Assembly: GCA_026023565.1 (NCBI GenBank)
Contig: JAPETS010000010.1
Coordinates: 744,001 to 808,000 of the forward strand
Direction: 5' to 3'
DNA: 64,000 nucleotides
Origin: Cirrosporium novae-zelandiae
Lineage: Eukaryota
This document shows positions 38,288 through 50,988 of this stretch, in pieces (position 1 is the stretch's first letter; each line of letters opens with the position of its first letter). The position numbers and the translations under genes were made by a program. Below the pieces are notes generated by a model. It was not told the origin of the DNA. It saw nothing but the letters and a program-made list of their open reading frames with translations, and searched no databases.

Positions 38288-41200
38288 ATGGTTAGACCAA
38301 AACTGGATGTATGTAATTCACAACACTAACCCTTCGATAGGTTTTATTCAAGAGGAAACCAGTTCAATATCTGACCCGTCCTTCTGGGATTGCTGATGTC
38401 TCCGAGGTACGTAACCAACAACGCATTATCTTTCAGGCACTACTAATTACTCCACTAGGTCTGGGTCATCAAACAGACAAGTGAAGTCTTCGATGACTAT
38501 GAAAAATATCTCCATCGGTAAGTACTTTATGCTTTTGTTTTATTATACTTATCTAATTTTGGCAGGATGGACTTTTATAAGCAGGTCGGTTGAATATCTC
38601 CCAAGACTTTCTACAGTCTTGCTGGGTCTAATTTCACCACCCACTAACCAAGCAATAGCGACGCTTTATATGTGAAATCACTGGTCACTCTGGATTAACC
38701 TTTTTTGAAGCTCTCGCAAGTGAGACTACCGGCTCTAAGGAGGTTAACGCTGCATTTCCAGAACCTCTAAAGGGGCCTATCCTACGTCGTGTCCAGTTCT
38801 CTACAATCTCTAGGATTGATAATCTAGGTCCGTCAACCATGTTACTATCCCAAAACTATTGCTAATGCGAAACAGTTGACCATATCTATGACGCATGTTT
38901 ACGCCATCCCCTAATTTGCTATATTGCATGCTAACCTCATTTAGAGCTTCAAGAAGGACTTTTTTCCTGGCGAAAAAGTTACTGCCATTCTTGCTAATGG
39001 CCAGCATCTCTCTGGACAGATTCGGGAAAAGTCCTCATTCCCAGAGCTAATCAAACCAGATGGTACCATTGAACGTAAAGCGTTTGTGAGATACTTTGTC
39101 AGTCTTTTCGATCAACCTGACAAAGAAGCGCTTGTTGATGAAGAGCACATCACTCGTGATCGTAAGGTATTCACAAAGCAAATGCTGCGATCTTTTATCA
39201 AGGACAATGTCACGCGTGAAGCTTGGACAGGGGCTCCATGGCTTGTCAAAATTGATGCCGCTTTGAGACATCATATCGACACTGTTGTCCCGCCTGAACT
39301 ACAGCATAAGAACAAACTTGCCGAGAGGAAGAACCACTCGGCCATCAAAAAAGGGGAACAGGAAGGAAGTCCTTTTGGGTCTTTCCATGCTGGCGGCCGT
39401 TACCCTGAGCTTAAACCAAAGGGCTCGAAATCCAAGATTAGTCAAGCCGACCTTGACAAAAGAGAACAGGAGCAAATGGTTGAGTACCAACGAGCCCTCG
39501 CCGCTAATCCGAATTTTGCATTGGCTCAACAGGCTCAACATGCTCAACAGGCTGGGTTTTTCCAGCAATTCATTCCGTACAATGGAAATGGCCATCCTGT
39601 CCCGTTCCATACTGCACCACCCCCTGTAAGGGTTTCGCCACCAAAACCCCCAACCCCCCCTCCAGTCAAATATCCAATCGAGGATCTCAATATCCCACCA
39701 GATCAAGATCGCCCTAGTCGCCCAGTCCTGAAATATCTCTGTGACGGCCCACCTGTCCCCGTTGAGGCTAAAATCGAAAATGGCGGTATTCAAATGAGAT
39801 CCGTAGGACTGTTACTGGAAACATGGGAAACACTAAATGTTTACTGCGAGGTTTTCCTATTGGACTCCTTTACTTTTGATGACTTTGTTGAAGCCATGGC
39901 ATTTTCATCCGAAAATCTAGACGTCGAATGCGAACTCTTTGTCGAAGTACACTGTGCGGTGCTTAAGAAACTCGTCAATGGGGAGAATGATCAGAATGGC
40001 CAGGTTCAAGTCGTCTTGCCAGATATTGTGCAGGAAGATTCTTCAGATGAGGAATCTGTTGTTGATTCAAGTGCCATACCCACACCTACCCCTGAACCTG
40101 AAGTGAAACCGGTTGGACGAACAACTCGCAGTAGTCTCGCCAAGGCCGAAGCTGCCAAACTCCAGGCTGAGGCTGCGGCTGCAGCTTCGCCTAGTCCAGC
40201 AAGTAGTGCAGATGTAAAAGTTCATCGAGCCGCCGAGATGTTAGCCGACTACGATTGGGTTCCCCATCTACGAAAAAGAGATTTCAAAAATGGAGGATGG
40301 CAGGCTATCATGGTGGGCATTCTTTACCAAATGTCAATGGATCCGAGATATCGTCAACCATGTGACGAGATCCTATCCAAACTTGTCCCGCTAGATATAG
40401 AGCCTACACAAGATACCGTCAGATCACAATACGCCGAACTCGATATTAACTTGCGTGTTAAAGCTCTTCAGATCATCTGTATGCTCACCATTGATACCAA
40501 AGCTATTCGAGGATATATGGAAGAATGCAGTAGCCATATGACAGAGCTTCGAAAAGAAAAAATTGAATGGCAAAGATCCCGCAAAGCTACGTAAGTTTGT
40601 CTATCTATAATCCTGTGAACCAAGAGCTAACAAGGACAGAATCGAGGAACTACGTCAACTTCACGAAGAACGCAAATTGCTTCAACCAAACGAGAAGTCG
40701 CTGACACCACCTCCTGAACTAAAAGAAATCAAGGATGAAGACTCCGAAATGAAGGATCCCGACGAGGAACCCGAAGTTCCAGATACCGAAGATGAAGAAC
40801 CTCATCAGGGGCGCAACCTTCGCCATGCTAGAAATCGAGAAGCCGAACGTAAACGAAGAGAAGAAGAAGAAAAAGCCCGCAAAGAGAAGGCTGCGGCGAA
40901 AGCAGCACAAAAGCAATCCAAAGAAGAGAAAAAGTTCCAGAAAGTACTGGACAAGATTGAAAAGAAAAAGGCAGAAATAAAGAATTGCGAAGAAGAGATT
41001 GCAATCCTAGACAATGACCTGAGGGAAGCCGACTGCCCGCGCATCCGTGTTCTAGGAAAGGATCGTTTTTGGAATCGCTATTACTGGCTGGAAAGAAATG
41101 CTATGCCATATAGCGGGTTGCCCACGAGCTCAACTGCCGATGCTGGCTACGCCAACGGATGCATTTGGATCCAAGGTCCTGATGATATGGAGAGGGAGGG

Positions 41201-41723
41201 TTTCATCAATGTTCCTGATGTGGAGGCTACCCAATTCCGACAGACCTTCAAGATGACGGTTGCTGAACGCAAGAAGCTGGAAGAGGGCTCAACAAACGTT
41301 TTTACGGCATGCCAATGGGGCTATTATGATGAACCAGGTTCTGTCGACCAGCTGATCAATTGGTTAGACGTTCGCGGCGAACGTGAACTGAAGTTAAGCA
41401 AAGAACTCAAGCTACAGCGAGACAACATTGTGGAATATATGAAAAAGCGCAAGGAATATCTTTCCAGGGAGAAAGAAACAGATCAGGACGAACCAATGAC
41501 CCGAATTCAAACTCGCGGGAAGACATATGTCAACCCTACGGGCCATCGCTGCTTCAAATGGCATAACACGACGGCGGTTAATGAGATTGGTCATTTGCAC
41601 ATGGACCAGCCACCTCGGCCGAATAAGAAAGGGAAGAAGAATGGTCATGATGGGCCATCGACCCGGGTCACAAACCGACAAGGAAAGCCGTTAACTCGCC
41701 AGGGCGGCAGATATGACTTTTGA
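38288..41723 (+). CDS. ITC1: ISW2 complex subunit Itc1/ACF1-like (WAC, DDT, WHIM/WSD domains)
   Basis: Spliced MVLFKRKPV...RRFICEITGHSGLTFFEA (WAC), LLETWETLNVYCEVFLLDSFTFDDF (DDT), LGKDRFWNRYYW. Exons 38288-38290, 38341-38406, 38459-38517, 38566-38584, 38659-38827, 38876-38892, 38945-40590, 40640-41723. Confidence 0.92.
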
Positions 41724-42290
41724 TGAAGTAGAGCTGTTTATAGAGGCATAGCATGATGACATATTGATTATTTATACAAGCTAAATGACATAGCATTGGT
41801 GGCGCTGGACGGGGAAATGGCTGAAGGCTTTTCTACTCATGTGGGGTTCTGGGACATGGGTAGTGTGATATTTTCCCTAGAGACTGTTACATGGATTCTA
41901 GGCTGTATATCTATTTAGGATGACGTGAATCTTTTCGAGAATGTTTAGTTCTATTATTGTTATTTGATAGGTGGATAACCAGATAGCAGAAATCAAACAT
42001 AATTATTATCTACATAGCTACATAGACTATATATATCTCGGTATCCATAGCTACACGTAACTTCACAATTTGTACAAAGTAGGTGGGGCGGCTGAATGCA
42101 TAGTTTAGACTAGGATGAGCCTTAGACTACAATCCTACTCATGGAAGCCTTGAGGACTTTCTTAGTTGCCTGTTGTATGCCTATTATATCCTCTAATACA
42201 TTCTAGTGATACTTTGAACAATTTCTCAATTGTTTCTTCCTTCTATATTTATCACGTTTGTTACCTCGTCGAACGTTATCGTATCTAGAT

Positions 42291-43754
42291 ATGGAGGTCC
42301 TACAACGATTAAACCCATTCGAAAGCACATCCAGTCAACCTTTCAACTTCCTTGGCCTTCCACGAGAACTTCGCGATCAAATTTATGGCCAACTCTTTTT
42401 TCCAGGTGAAGATGATCCAGATAAAATATCCAAATTCAGCCAAAATTCCCTTGGCCTTGGGCACACCGCTGTTCGTCAAATCCATCCCTACGATAACCGA
42501 CCGGAGATGAAACCGAGGTTCAACCTTACCATCTTTAGGACCTGCAAACAAATTCAAACTGAGGCGGAATATATTTTCTATGGAACTTCGTCTTTTAATT
42601 TGATGTATCAAGATTGGAGTGATTCTATCAAGGTGTCCTACGAGTTTTTTGAGAAGCTACCCCGACGATATCGTCGATTAATTCGTCGAGTGGAACGAAA
42701 ATGCTACTCTCAACCATATTGGGGTACAATATCATTGTTCGATTGGACACTATTCATGAGATTTCTGGCCCATGAATGTCCATCATTACAGAGCCTGACT
42801 CTCTGGGGCCCAGGAGACAGCAAGGAAGGACCGCCTTGGGTGACGACCTGCCAGAAGGATGCTGCATGGGTCCAAGCAATGCTTCAAATCAAAACTCTTA
42901 GAGCCTTTGATATTCCTGTGATACCCGGAGGGGTGATTTACAATTACCCTGCCTTCAAAGACGATTTCTTTCCCTGGCTCAAAAGCTCCCTCCTTGAAGC
43001 ATCTAAATGCAGTGCGAACGCAAAGATACCTCAAACTGCATATGCTGATGGATCTGCCTTTAGATTTCTAGACCTTCCAAAATCTGTCAGAAATATCGTC
43101 TATCGTAAGCTTCTACTTCCCGAAGATAGGAAATTACATCCTTACATTGGACCTTGGGGTGACCAAACTACTTGCAACATTATGCCGCTTTTTCTTAGCT
43201 GTCCTCAAATCCACAAAGAAGCTGAATTAATCCTCTATGGAGAAGCAATTTTCGCGTCTCTCATAAAGAAATATCACAATAGATTGTCGCAATTTTTTAG
43301 ACACCTTAATCCTCGTCTTCTTGGGCTTGTACGTCACTTGGATATTGGTAATGCTTGTGATACCGAAACCCTAGTACAGTTTGCCTTGAAGTCAATGGAA
43401 TTAGACACTTTACGTCTAGAAATTGAACATCTCAAGGCTAGGCAAATGGAACGGGTATGGCGAAATCGTACCTCGCCAAATTGGAAAATTGGCGATGCGG
43501 GTTGGAATGTTCAGACCCTTCGAGGCTTCTCTCAATTGAAGCAACTTGATCTGGATGTGTCTCCTTTCCCTTTACGATCAAGTGAGTTCTTACCACAACC
43601 ATCCACAAAGGTCCGACCTGAGTGTCTTGATTGGTACAAATCAGGTCTTGTGGATAAGTCTAATTCCCAAAATGAGCGAATTCAGAAAATGTTATGGAGT
43701 ACGAGCATGGATGGGGATAGAGGTTATTTTGGACCTGCATTGTTGGGGATATAA
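42291..43754 (+). CDS. Protein with two tandem F-box-like (FxFLxLPxExRxxIY) domains
   Basis: FNFLGLPRELRDQIY...RTCKQIQTEAEYIFYG and FRFLDLPKSVRNIVY...LSCPQIHKEAELILYG; first ATG at 42291. Confidence 0.8.
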   Translation: MEVLQRLNPFESTSSQPFNFLGLPRELRDQIYGQLFFPGEDDPDKISKFSQNSLGLGHTAVRQIHPYDNRPEMKPRFNLTIFRTCKQIQTEAEYIFYGTSSFNLMYQDWSDSIKVSYEFFEKLPRRYRRLIRRVERKCYSQPYWGTISLFDWTLFMRFLAHECPSLQSLTLWGPGDSKEGPPWVTTCQKDAAWVQAMLQIKTLRAFDIPVIPGGVIYNYPAFKDDFFPWLKSSLLEASKCSANAKIPQTAYADGSAFRFLDLPKSVRNIVYRKLLLPEDRKLHPYIGPWGDQTTCNIMPLFLSCPQIHKEAELILYGEAIFASLIKKYHNRLSQFFRHLNPRLLGLVRHLDIGNACDTETLVQFALKSMELDTLRLEIEHLKARQMERVWRNRTSPNWKIGDAGWNVQTLRGFSQLKQLDLDVSPFPLRSSEFLPQPSTKVRPECLDWYKSGLVDKSNSQNERIQKMLWSTSMDGDRGYFGPALLGI

Positions 43755-44249
43755 TTGACCTGTCTGTCCATCCGAGTATGATTTCTTTTTGCTGTTGGGA
43801 CGCATCCAACATTTGATCATTATGATTAGGCCTTGTGTAGAACTGGCTCAGCAAACTATATGGTGTGCTAGCTTGATGGTGCACTTGATAAAGATGGCTT
43901 CACTCAGGTCTCTGATGCCGGGATGCAGTGATCTGCAGACATGATGATAATGGTGATTCATTTTATTGTCCATTGTTGCTCGTGACCTGCCGACGTAACG
44001 TCTCACAAAATATCTTGGTGTACATTTCTATGTTGATACTTCTCCATCCTTTGTATAAATATAATTCATTGACGTCAACATTCCAGCCTGGAGATGATCA
44101 GTGAAGTTGGTATTTGACACTCATCAAGTTTAATATCTTGGCCTACACTCCTTCCCGCAGGCATCTGGGCTTTTTAAATACCGTCTGCTATCCACCTTGC
44201 TTTGGGCCTATCTGTGTCTACAAGTCTATTTATTTCTCCATATTCAAAG

Positions 44250-44972
44250 ATGAGCCCGATAACTCCAAGTATCATTCTCTTTCTCATCGGCCTCATACTC
44301 CCTGTATTCTGTTCACCAACTAAAAATGTCTATACGAAAACTTTTAACGCCAATGTTTGTTCTCTACTCTTTCAACCTTGATACTCTTGTTATCCTGAAT
44401 GTGGATTAATATGGAAGGCATAGTTCGACAATCTCAAGCCTAGTCCCGTACACTTATCCCAGCTAGGCTCTCCTCAACTAAATCCTTATGACGGCCTCTC
44501 TTACCTAGCTTTTGGCCTGGACAAAGGCATCAGTGATCAAGCAACGGGCTTACACCAACACTCGGACCCAAATCTCATTGGCACTGGCCCTACAACGCAG
44601 ATGGTCCAAGGCACACTCCCCACTCTCACGACGCTCTATGAAGGCTCCACCGTCTCATCTTTCGACATGAGGTCATGTTGGATGGGATGTCTTCAAGGGA
44701 CTCTCACTGCTCTTGTTGTATCCGTCCCTGTTGACTGTACTCTGCTGTTCAAGGGGTATACGAGTTCCTCTAACACCGCTGTGGCAAAGAAATATGCCAC
44801 CTTCGAAGTAGGTTCCTTGCAGCTAGATGCTAATATGGTGGAGGTCGTGTTTGATCGATCGGCTTTTAAGGGCCTAACGAATTTAACGGTGGAACTTGTT
44901 AATAGTACTGCTGTTGGGATTTATGCTATGCTATTCGATAATTTTAAGTATGTTGTTCATTATCAGCACTGA
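44250..44972 (+). CDS. Small secreted protein (~217 aa), unknown function
   Basis: Signal-peptide-like MSPITPSIILFLIGLILPVFCSP; intron 44355-44423 joins in frame (FDNLKP...PYDGLSYLAF) to ORF 44601-44972. Confidence 0.75.
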
Positions 44973-45373
44973 AGTAGTAGAACAATAATACTTGGGATAT
45001 TGGCGGTGCTGGGACTTGAAATTTCCGATACGCGAAGGATCCAAGTTGTTTGATTTAGCTTAGCTTTATGAGGCTACTGCGTCGTGTCAAGGCTATGGTT
45101 GTTGGGTTGTTTGAGTAGGTGGTGAGAAAGAGTTGGATTGAGTTTTGAAGGATGAAGGGGCATGATGTGGTTCTTACTGATTTATTGGTTGATTTACAAA
45201 CCATGAATGAATTTAAATGATATTATGTCTACATCTATAATTATATAAACCGTAATCTCCCCCGAGTAAGTAAAGAAACAGGTGAAGGAATCGACACTAT
45301 AAAGCGATTTCCTGAATTTGATTATTACAATTCTCCATTTTAGTCCAAACCCCCTCCAACTCCGCTCCTTCAA

Positions 45374-45772
45374 ATGGCTTCCCCAGCCCCAATGACCTCC
45401 CAAGAATTCGAAGACTGGCTCACAGAAGTCTTCCTTGGCGGCCCAGCCGACGCGCGATCCTTCTGCGAGCGTACAATGAGCCGCAAATACCTGCGGTACA
45501 ACGCCGGGGGAGACCGGGTGGATTTTGAGATGGCGGTGGAGAGGACGGCAAAGTTTCGAAACGACTGCCGACACTATGTCGGCCGTGTGCAGAGTCTGAC
45601 TCAAGAAGGAAATCGGTTGGCGGCGAGAATCACCTGTGAACTGAAAATGGAGGAGGGGCCTGAGGGAAAGTTTGAGTTGATGTTTATGGGGGAGAGGGAT
45701 GGGGAGGGGAGATTCGAGAGGGTTTGGGAACTGTTTGTGCCCATGACAGGGGAGGCTGAGGGGGATGTGTAA
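45374..45772 (+). CDS. Small SnoaL/NTF2-like fold protein (132 aa)
   Basis: Size and pattern (helix, then 'LTQEGNRLAARI', 'ERDGEGRFERVWE') typical of SnoaL-like proteins; TATA-like TATATAAA at ~45243. The fold is an inference. Confidence 0.6.
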   Translation: MASPAPMTSQEFEDWLTEVFLGGPADARSFCERTMSRKYLRYNAGGDRVDFEMAVERTAKFRNDCRHYVGRVQSLTQEGNRLAARITCELKMEEGPEGKFELMFMGERDGEGRFERVWELFVPMTGEAEGDV

Positions 45773-46429
45773 ATATTGAAAGGTGCTCTGAGGGATGATG
45801 TTGGGGTCGATCGTGGGGGTGATGGGTGGTTCATAGGGTTTCACCGGCTCTTGTGGTGGTCAGGGTCATCCCGGTCAAGCTTAACGGTTGGTAAATGATG
45901 GTGACAATGACGATGACCGTGATGACTTCTGGGGTTTCTTTTCCCTCGCCATAATTACTGTAGTAGTAGTAGGATCCATTCTCGAGGGTATTCTCGATAG
46001 TGTTATATGATTGGTGAAATGATGACTATTCATGTTTCAACGATGATAAGCTGAAAAGCTTCCGAAATGCTTATATGTGACAACCTTCTTACGATAGCTC
46101 AATGGTCCTGATCTATATGCCCCCCCGATGGCTAAGCATTACGCCAAAAGGGTTGCCGGTCAAAATGAGAATAAACATCTCTCACGATGTCAGATATCAA
46201 TATGTCCCTTGCTTGGCATCTTCTTCATCCTATTAAGAATAAGAGCAGAGAAGATTCATTAAGCTGAAAGCAGTGTCAGGATACCTTGCGTCAGTCACCA
46301 TAATATGTTGTGTGTTCATTTGTCGGAGAAGATGATTATCCGTTCATTCCACATCAGCTTGTGATAGATATAAATATATGCCATAACTTGCCATCTCTTC
46401 ATTCTTTTGCAAAAACCACAGACAATACG

Positions 46430-49400
46430 ATGGATACACCTGAATCTTATCCGCCTCTTATCAAGGGCTTTCTTTCACAAACAATTGACGATAGAGCTAG
46501 GAGTGGATATTCTAAGCCTTATGCCTTGATTGCGAAGTCCCGTAATCCCGCCGATGGGTTTGAGGAGATCAGCTTTGCGCGCATCGCGAACGCTATTGAC
46601 CAAGCAGCTTGGTGGTTTGATAAGAAATTTGCTCAGGAAGGACATGATGTCAAAACCTTTGCATATATAGGGCCTCCTTACGATCTCCGATATCTTATTT
46701 TTGCAATGGCTGCTTTCAAAACAGGAAGAAAGGTTTATCGGTCAAATTCGATATATTTTACATGAGATTGCTTAGCAATGAGTTCCAGATTCTCATCCCC
46801 TCCACTCGAAACACCACCGATGCTCAAATTTATCTGTTAACCAAGACTAAGTCTGAGGTTCTTCTCTACGGCTCATCGCTAGAAACCATCCTACAGCCTG
46901 TGCTTAGAGCCACTGCATCTGCAACATCGATTAGCATATTTCAATCACCCGACCTGGTTGAATTGCTACAAGAAGGTCCTGTTCCTCCATATCCTTGCAA
47001 TAGAGACTTTGAAAAGGTTGCGAACGAGCCGTTCCTGATTTTACATTCATCTGGAACCTCTGGTGCGCTCCAAACAATTCCTCTGACGTTATTAAGGCTG
47101 ATAATTTAGGTAATCCTAAACCGATACAATGGAGTCCCGCTTATGTTGCGACAATTGAAACCTTTAAACTACTTCCTGTAGACCAAGGACGAACTTTTGT
47201 CGGTGCGACTCAGAATCGTCGGATTCTTTCTTTGATTCCTGCTTTTCACGTGAGGCGGCTTCCTTCCCATTAACCTTTTCGAGTTGCCATTGATACTAAA
47301 TTCTTCCAAGGCTGCCGGGATGGTATATACAATGTGCCCCGTCCTCAATGATGCAACAGTCGTTCTTAGCCATCCAGATGTACCTCCGACGGCCGAATAT
47401 ATTTCTAAACTACTTGATCAAGGTGGCATTGATGGCCTTATATCTCCACCTTCGATCCTTGAAGATCTCACCAAGATCCCAACTGCGGTAGAGCGCTTGT
47501 CTCGGCTCAAATACATTGCTTATACAGGCGGACCCCTCCCAAAACATGCAGGTGATTTCCTCGCCTCCAAAGTACAATCTTTAATGTCCGCCATGGGACA
47601 AACTGAATATGGTTGGTACCATGTTGGTGTTACTGACAGTAGTAAATGGCAATACTTGAAATTTATGCCCGGCATCGGTTACGAATTTGATGAAGTTTCG
47701 GAAGGAGTGTTTGAAATTTTCGTCAGAAGAGACGAAAAAACTAAGAAATTTCACGGCATTTTCTTTGACTCTCTTCCGGGTATCTCGGATGAATATCGGT
47801 CCAAGGATCTGTACGCACCACATCCTGAGATTCTAGGGTTATGGCGCTATCTAGGGAGAACGGATGACCTCATTGTTCTTTCAAATGGAGAAAAGGTAGA
47901 CCCGAATCCAATGGAGACTGTGTTGAAAAATGATCCGCGAGTTAGCTCTGCGCTGATTGTTGGCGAAAGCCGTTTTCTTCCATCTCTTCTTATTGAACTA
48001 GCTACCAATGATCCTTTGATCAAGACCTCTAACGAAGAAAAGCTTAACCAAATTTGGCCTGTTGTGCAGGAGGCGAACAAAATTGCCCCTGGGTTTGCCA
48101 GGCTAACCAAATCGTTAATCCTTTTCACCAATCCTGAGAAGCCCTTTGCACGGGCGGGAAAGGGAACAGTGCAACGGCAAAAGACTGTTGCCAGCTATGC
48201 GGATGAGCTGAAGGAGCTCTACTCTGGGTCAGAACAGAGCTTGTTAATAGATGGACTGACCCTTGGAGATCTCACAGACGAAGCGACTGTGAAGAAATTC
48301 ACAAGGGAGATATACTTGCACGTTTTTGAACACCCTGGTCTTACCGACGAGGATGACGTTTTTGATCTAGGGATTGATTCCCTACGGGTGTTTATCATTG
48401 TCCAGCGACTTCAGGCGGCCCTCAAAGCCTGTCACGCGCAGTTCGATGTCAACAAGGTCAACCCGCAACTGATATATTCCTTCCCAACAATCGGCAACAT
48501 TTCTAAGGCCATGAACAGTTTAATTGCATCTGGAGGCAATAAGCTTGCTGAAACACTGCCACCCGCGGAGCTCATGAAACAGTTTATCGAAAAGTACTCA
48601 TCCAACATCATCACACCTTCCGCAAGCGATAATACTAGTAGCAGCGATGCCAACAATCCCATCGAAAACGAGCCAAATGAGTCAAACGAACTAGACGAAC
48701 AAGATGGGCCCAAGCCATGGACAATAATCTTAACCGGCTCTACTGGCTCCCTAGGAACCTACCTCCTCTCAACCCTAATGAACCTCTCCACCCCGCACCG
48801 AATCTCAAAGATCTACTGCCTGAACCGCACCCGTGACTCCCACCATCGGCAGGTAAAAGCCAACCACGCACGCGGTCTCCGTACAGATTTCGGTCACGAC
48901 CCAAACCCACTCGTCGAATTCCTGCATGCCGATCTCTCCCAACCAACCCTCGGTCTTTCCTTAGAAAAATACAACGCGCTTCTCGGAAGCGTAACCGCAA
49001 TCCTTCACTGCGCCTGGAAAGTCGATTTTAACCATCCGTTGCGGTCTTTCGAACGTACGCATATTGCGGGAGTGAGGCACCTATTCGACTTCACCCTGCG
49101 GTCTCCATTACATCCTCCCCTCATTTTCCTTTCGAGTATTTCTTCTACCCTCGCCCATCTCGCGCAGAACCCACACATCCCGCTTCCGGAATCTGTAATC
49201 CATGACCTCCATGCCCCGGACCCCTCCGGATACGCCCAGTCGAAACAAGTGTCCGAACTCCTCCTCGAAACGCTTTCCAAAAAAACCGAAACCACCACCA
49301 CGGCAATCCTTCGAATAGGCCAAATCGCAGGTCCTTCTGCTAACCCCCTAGCTACACGCCAAACTCCATCCACACAAACACCTCCTTGGAACAAATCAGA

Positions 49401-50121
49401 ATGGTTCCCCAGCCTCCTCGCCAGCTCAAAATACCTGCGTCTCCTTCCATCCTTCCTCGGCCCCCTCGACACCATCGACTGGATTCCCGTGGACATCCTC
49501 GCGGATATAATTGTCGAACTCACTTCCGACATCATCATGACATCTTCATCCTCCCAGCCAGAAACAGGAACAGGAACAACCACAGCCTCCAATCTCAAAA
49601 TTTACAACCTCACAAACCCGCACACGATACCCTGGTCAACCCTAGCCCCAGAAACACAGAACCTACTTTCTCGCTCCCTCGACCCCAATTCAACTGCGCC
49701 CTCCGACCCCAACCCCAACCCCACCTCCAAAAACAACAACACACAAATAACCCTCGCACCCCTCCCCACCTGGGTGACCACTCTTTCCAAATCCACCTCC
49801 TCTTCCTCCTCTGCATCTCCCCCTCCTCCCTCAACAATCCTCCAAAACCCAGCAACAAAATTACTTTTTTTCTTCGAGAGGCTTGCTGGATATGAGGATG
49901 GGACCAATACCACAAACCCAAATAACGATGACAACGACAATAATAATGATGATAACGATAACGATGAGAACAAGAAAACGGGAACGAAAAAGACGGAACA
50001 TGAACACGAATGTCTACGATACGTAACCGAGAACATGCAACGGGATGCCCCTAATGCGGTAGCGAGGTTGGAAGCTATCGGCGCGGGGGATTTGAAAAGG
50101 TGGTTTGTTGGGTGGGTTTAA
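46430..50121 (+). CDS. NRPS-like enzyme, adenylation-thiolation-reductase (A-T-R; carboxylic acid reductase-like)
   Basis: A: LHSSGTSGNPKP (across an intron), GQTE, SKDLY, GRTDDLIVLSNGEK, RAGKGTVQR. T: DLGIDSL. R: LTGSTGSLG, HCAWKVDFN, GYAQSK, RIGQIAG. Introns 46733-46788, 47063-47109, 47250-47310. Confidence 0.92.
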
Positions 50122-50988
50122 TGGGGCTGATGAACACATACACACATACACACACACAGGGAGAAAGAGAGAAAGAGAGAGAGAGTCGGATCTATAGTAC
50201 ACATGGTACATGAGCATATGGGATTTATAATTTAACCTATAAATCTTGGTTAAGGTTCTTTCTATCTTGGATACCTACCTATCTAGTCGGGGAAGGGAGT
50301 GGGGAGGGGGGGATATACATATAAACTTCACTCTAGTTTTTTTTTTTTTTTGGAAATGGAATAAATGAAATGAAATATTTACTTACGTGCAATATACTAC
50401 TACTACTTACCAACCCAACGACTCATTCCCTACTCCTCACCATACACTCACTACGCAGTACCCACCACGCACCACGCACACATTATCAAGTTCCAGTTCT
50501 AGTCCTCTTTACTTTCTCCTTTATTTACTTACTTGCTTATTTTGCTTCTTTATTTTATTCGTTGGGCTTTTGTTTTCGTTTGGTTGTGGTTGTGGTTTGT
50601 TACATAAAATGATAGATTTTAGATCGGATATATTCGCATTTTTGCATTTTTTGCATTACACATGAAATTTGGAATTTGGAATTCGAAATTCACGCCCCTC
50701 CCCCCTTTCAGTGATCACATACATACACTCACACATTGTTTTCCCCGTTTGTTGGTTCCACCCGCCCATCCTACTTCCTCCCCACAATCGCGATAGGCCG
50801 TTAGAAATCACCTTTGTAAATGCTAACGCACGCATGCCTACCCTTTTCCTCCCCACCCTTATCTTCCCCCGCCCACCTACCTACCCAACCCACCCTCATT
50901 GATGTATTGACAGATCAAGCAATATATATATGTATGTATATATGGTGCTTATCCCCTGATCGATCGGTTAGTCGGTCAGGCGATTATT

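Noticed and set aside
45194..45844. 216-aa minus-strand ORF
   Set aside because: Antisense to the more protein-like SnoaL-type ORF; kept open by the local base skew.
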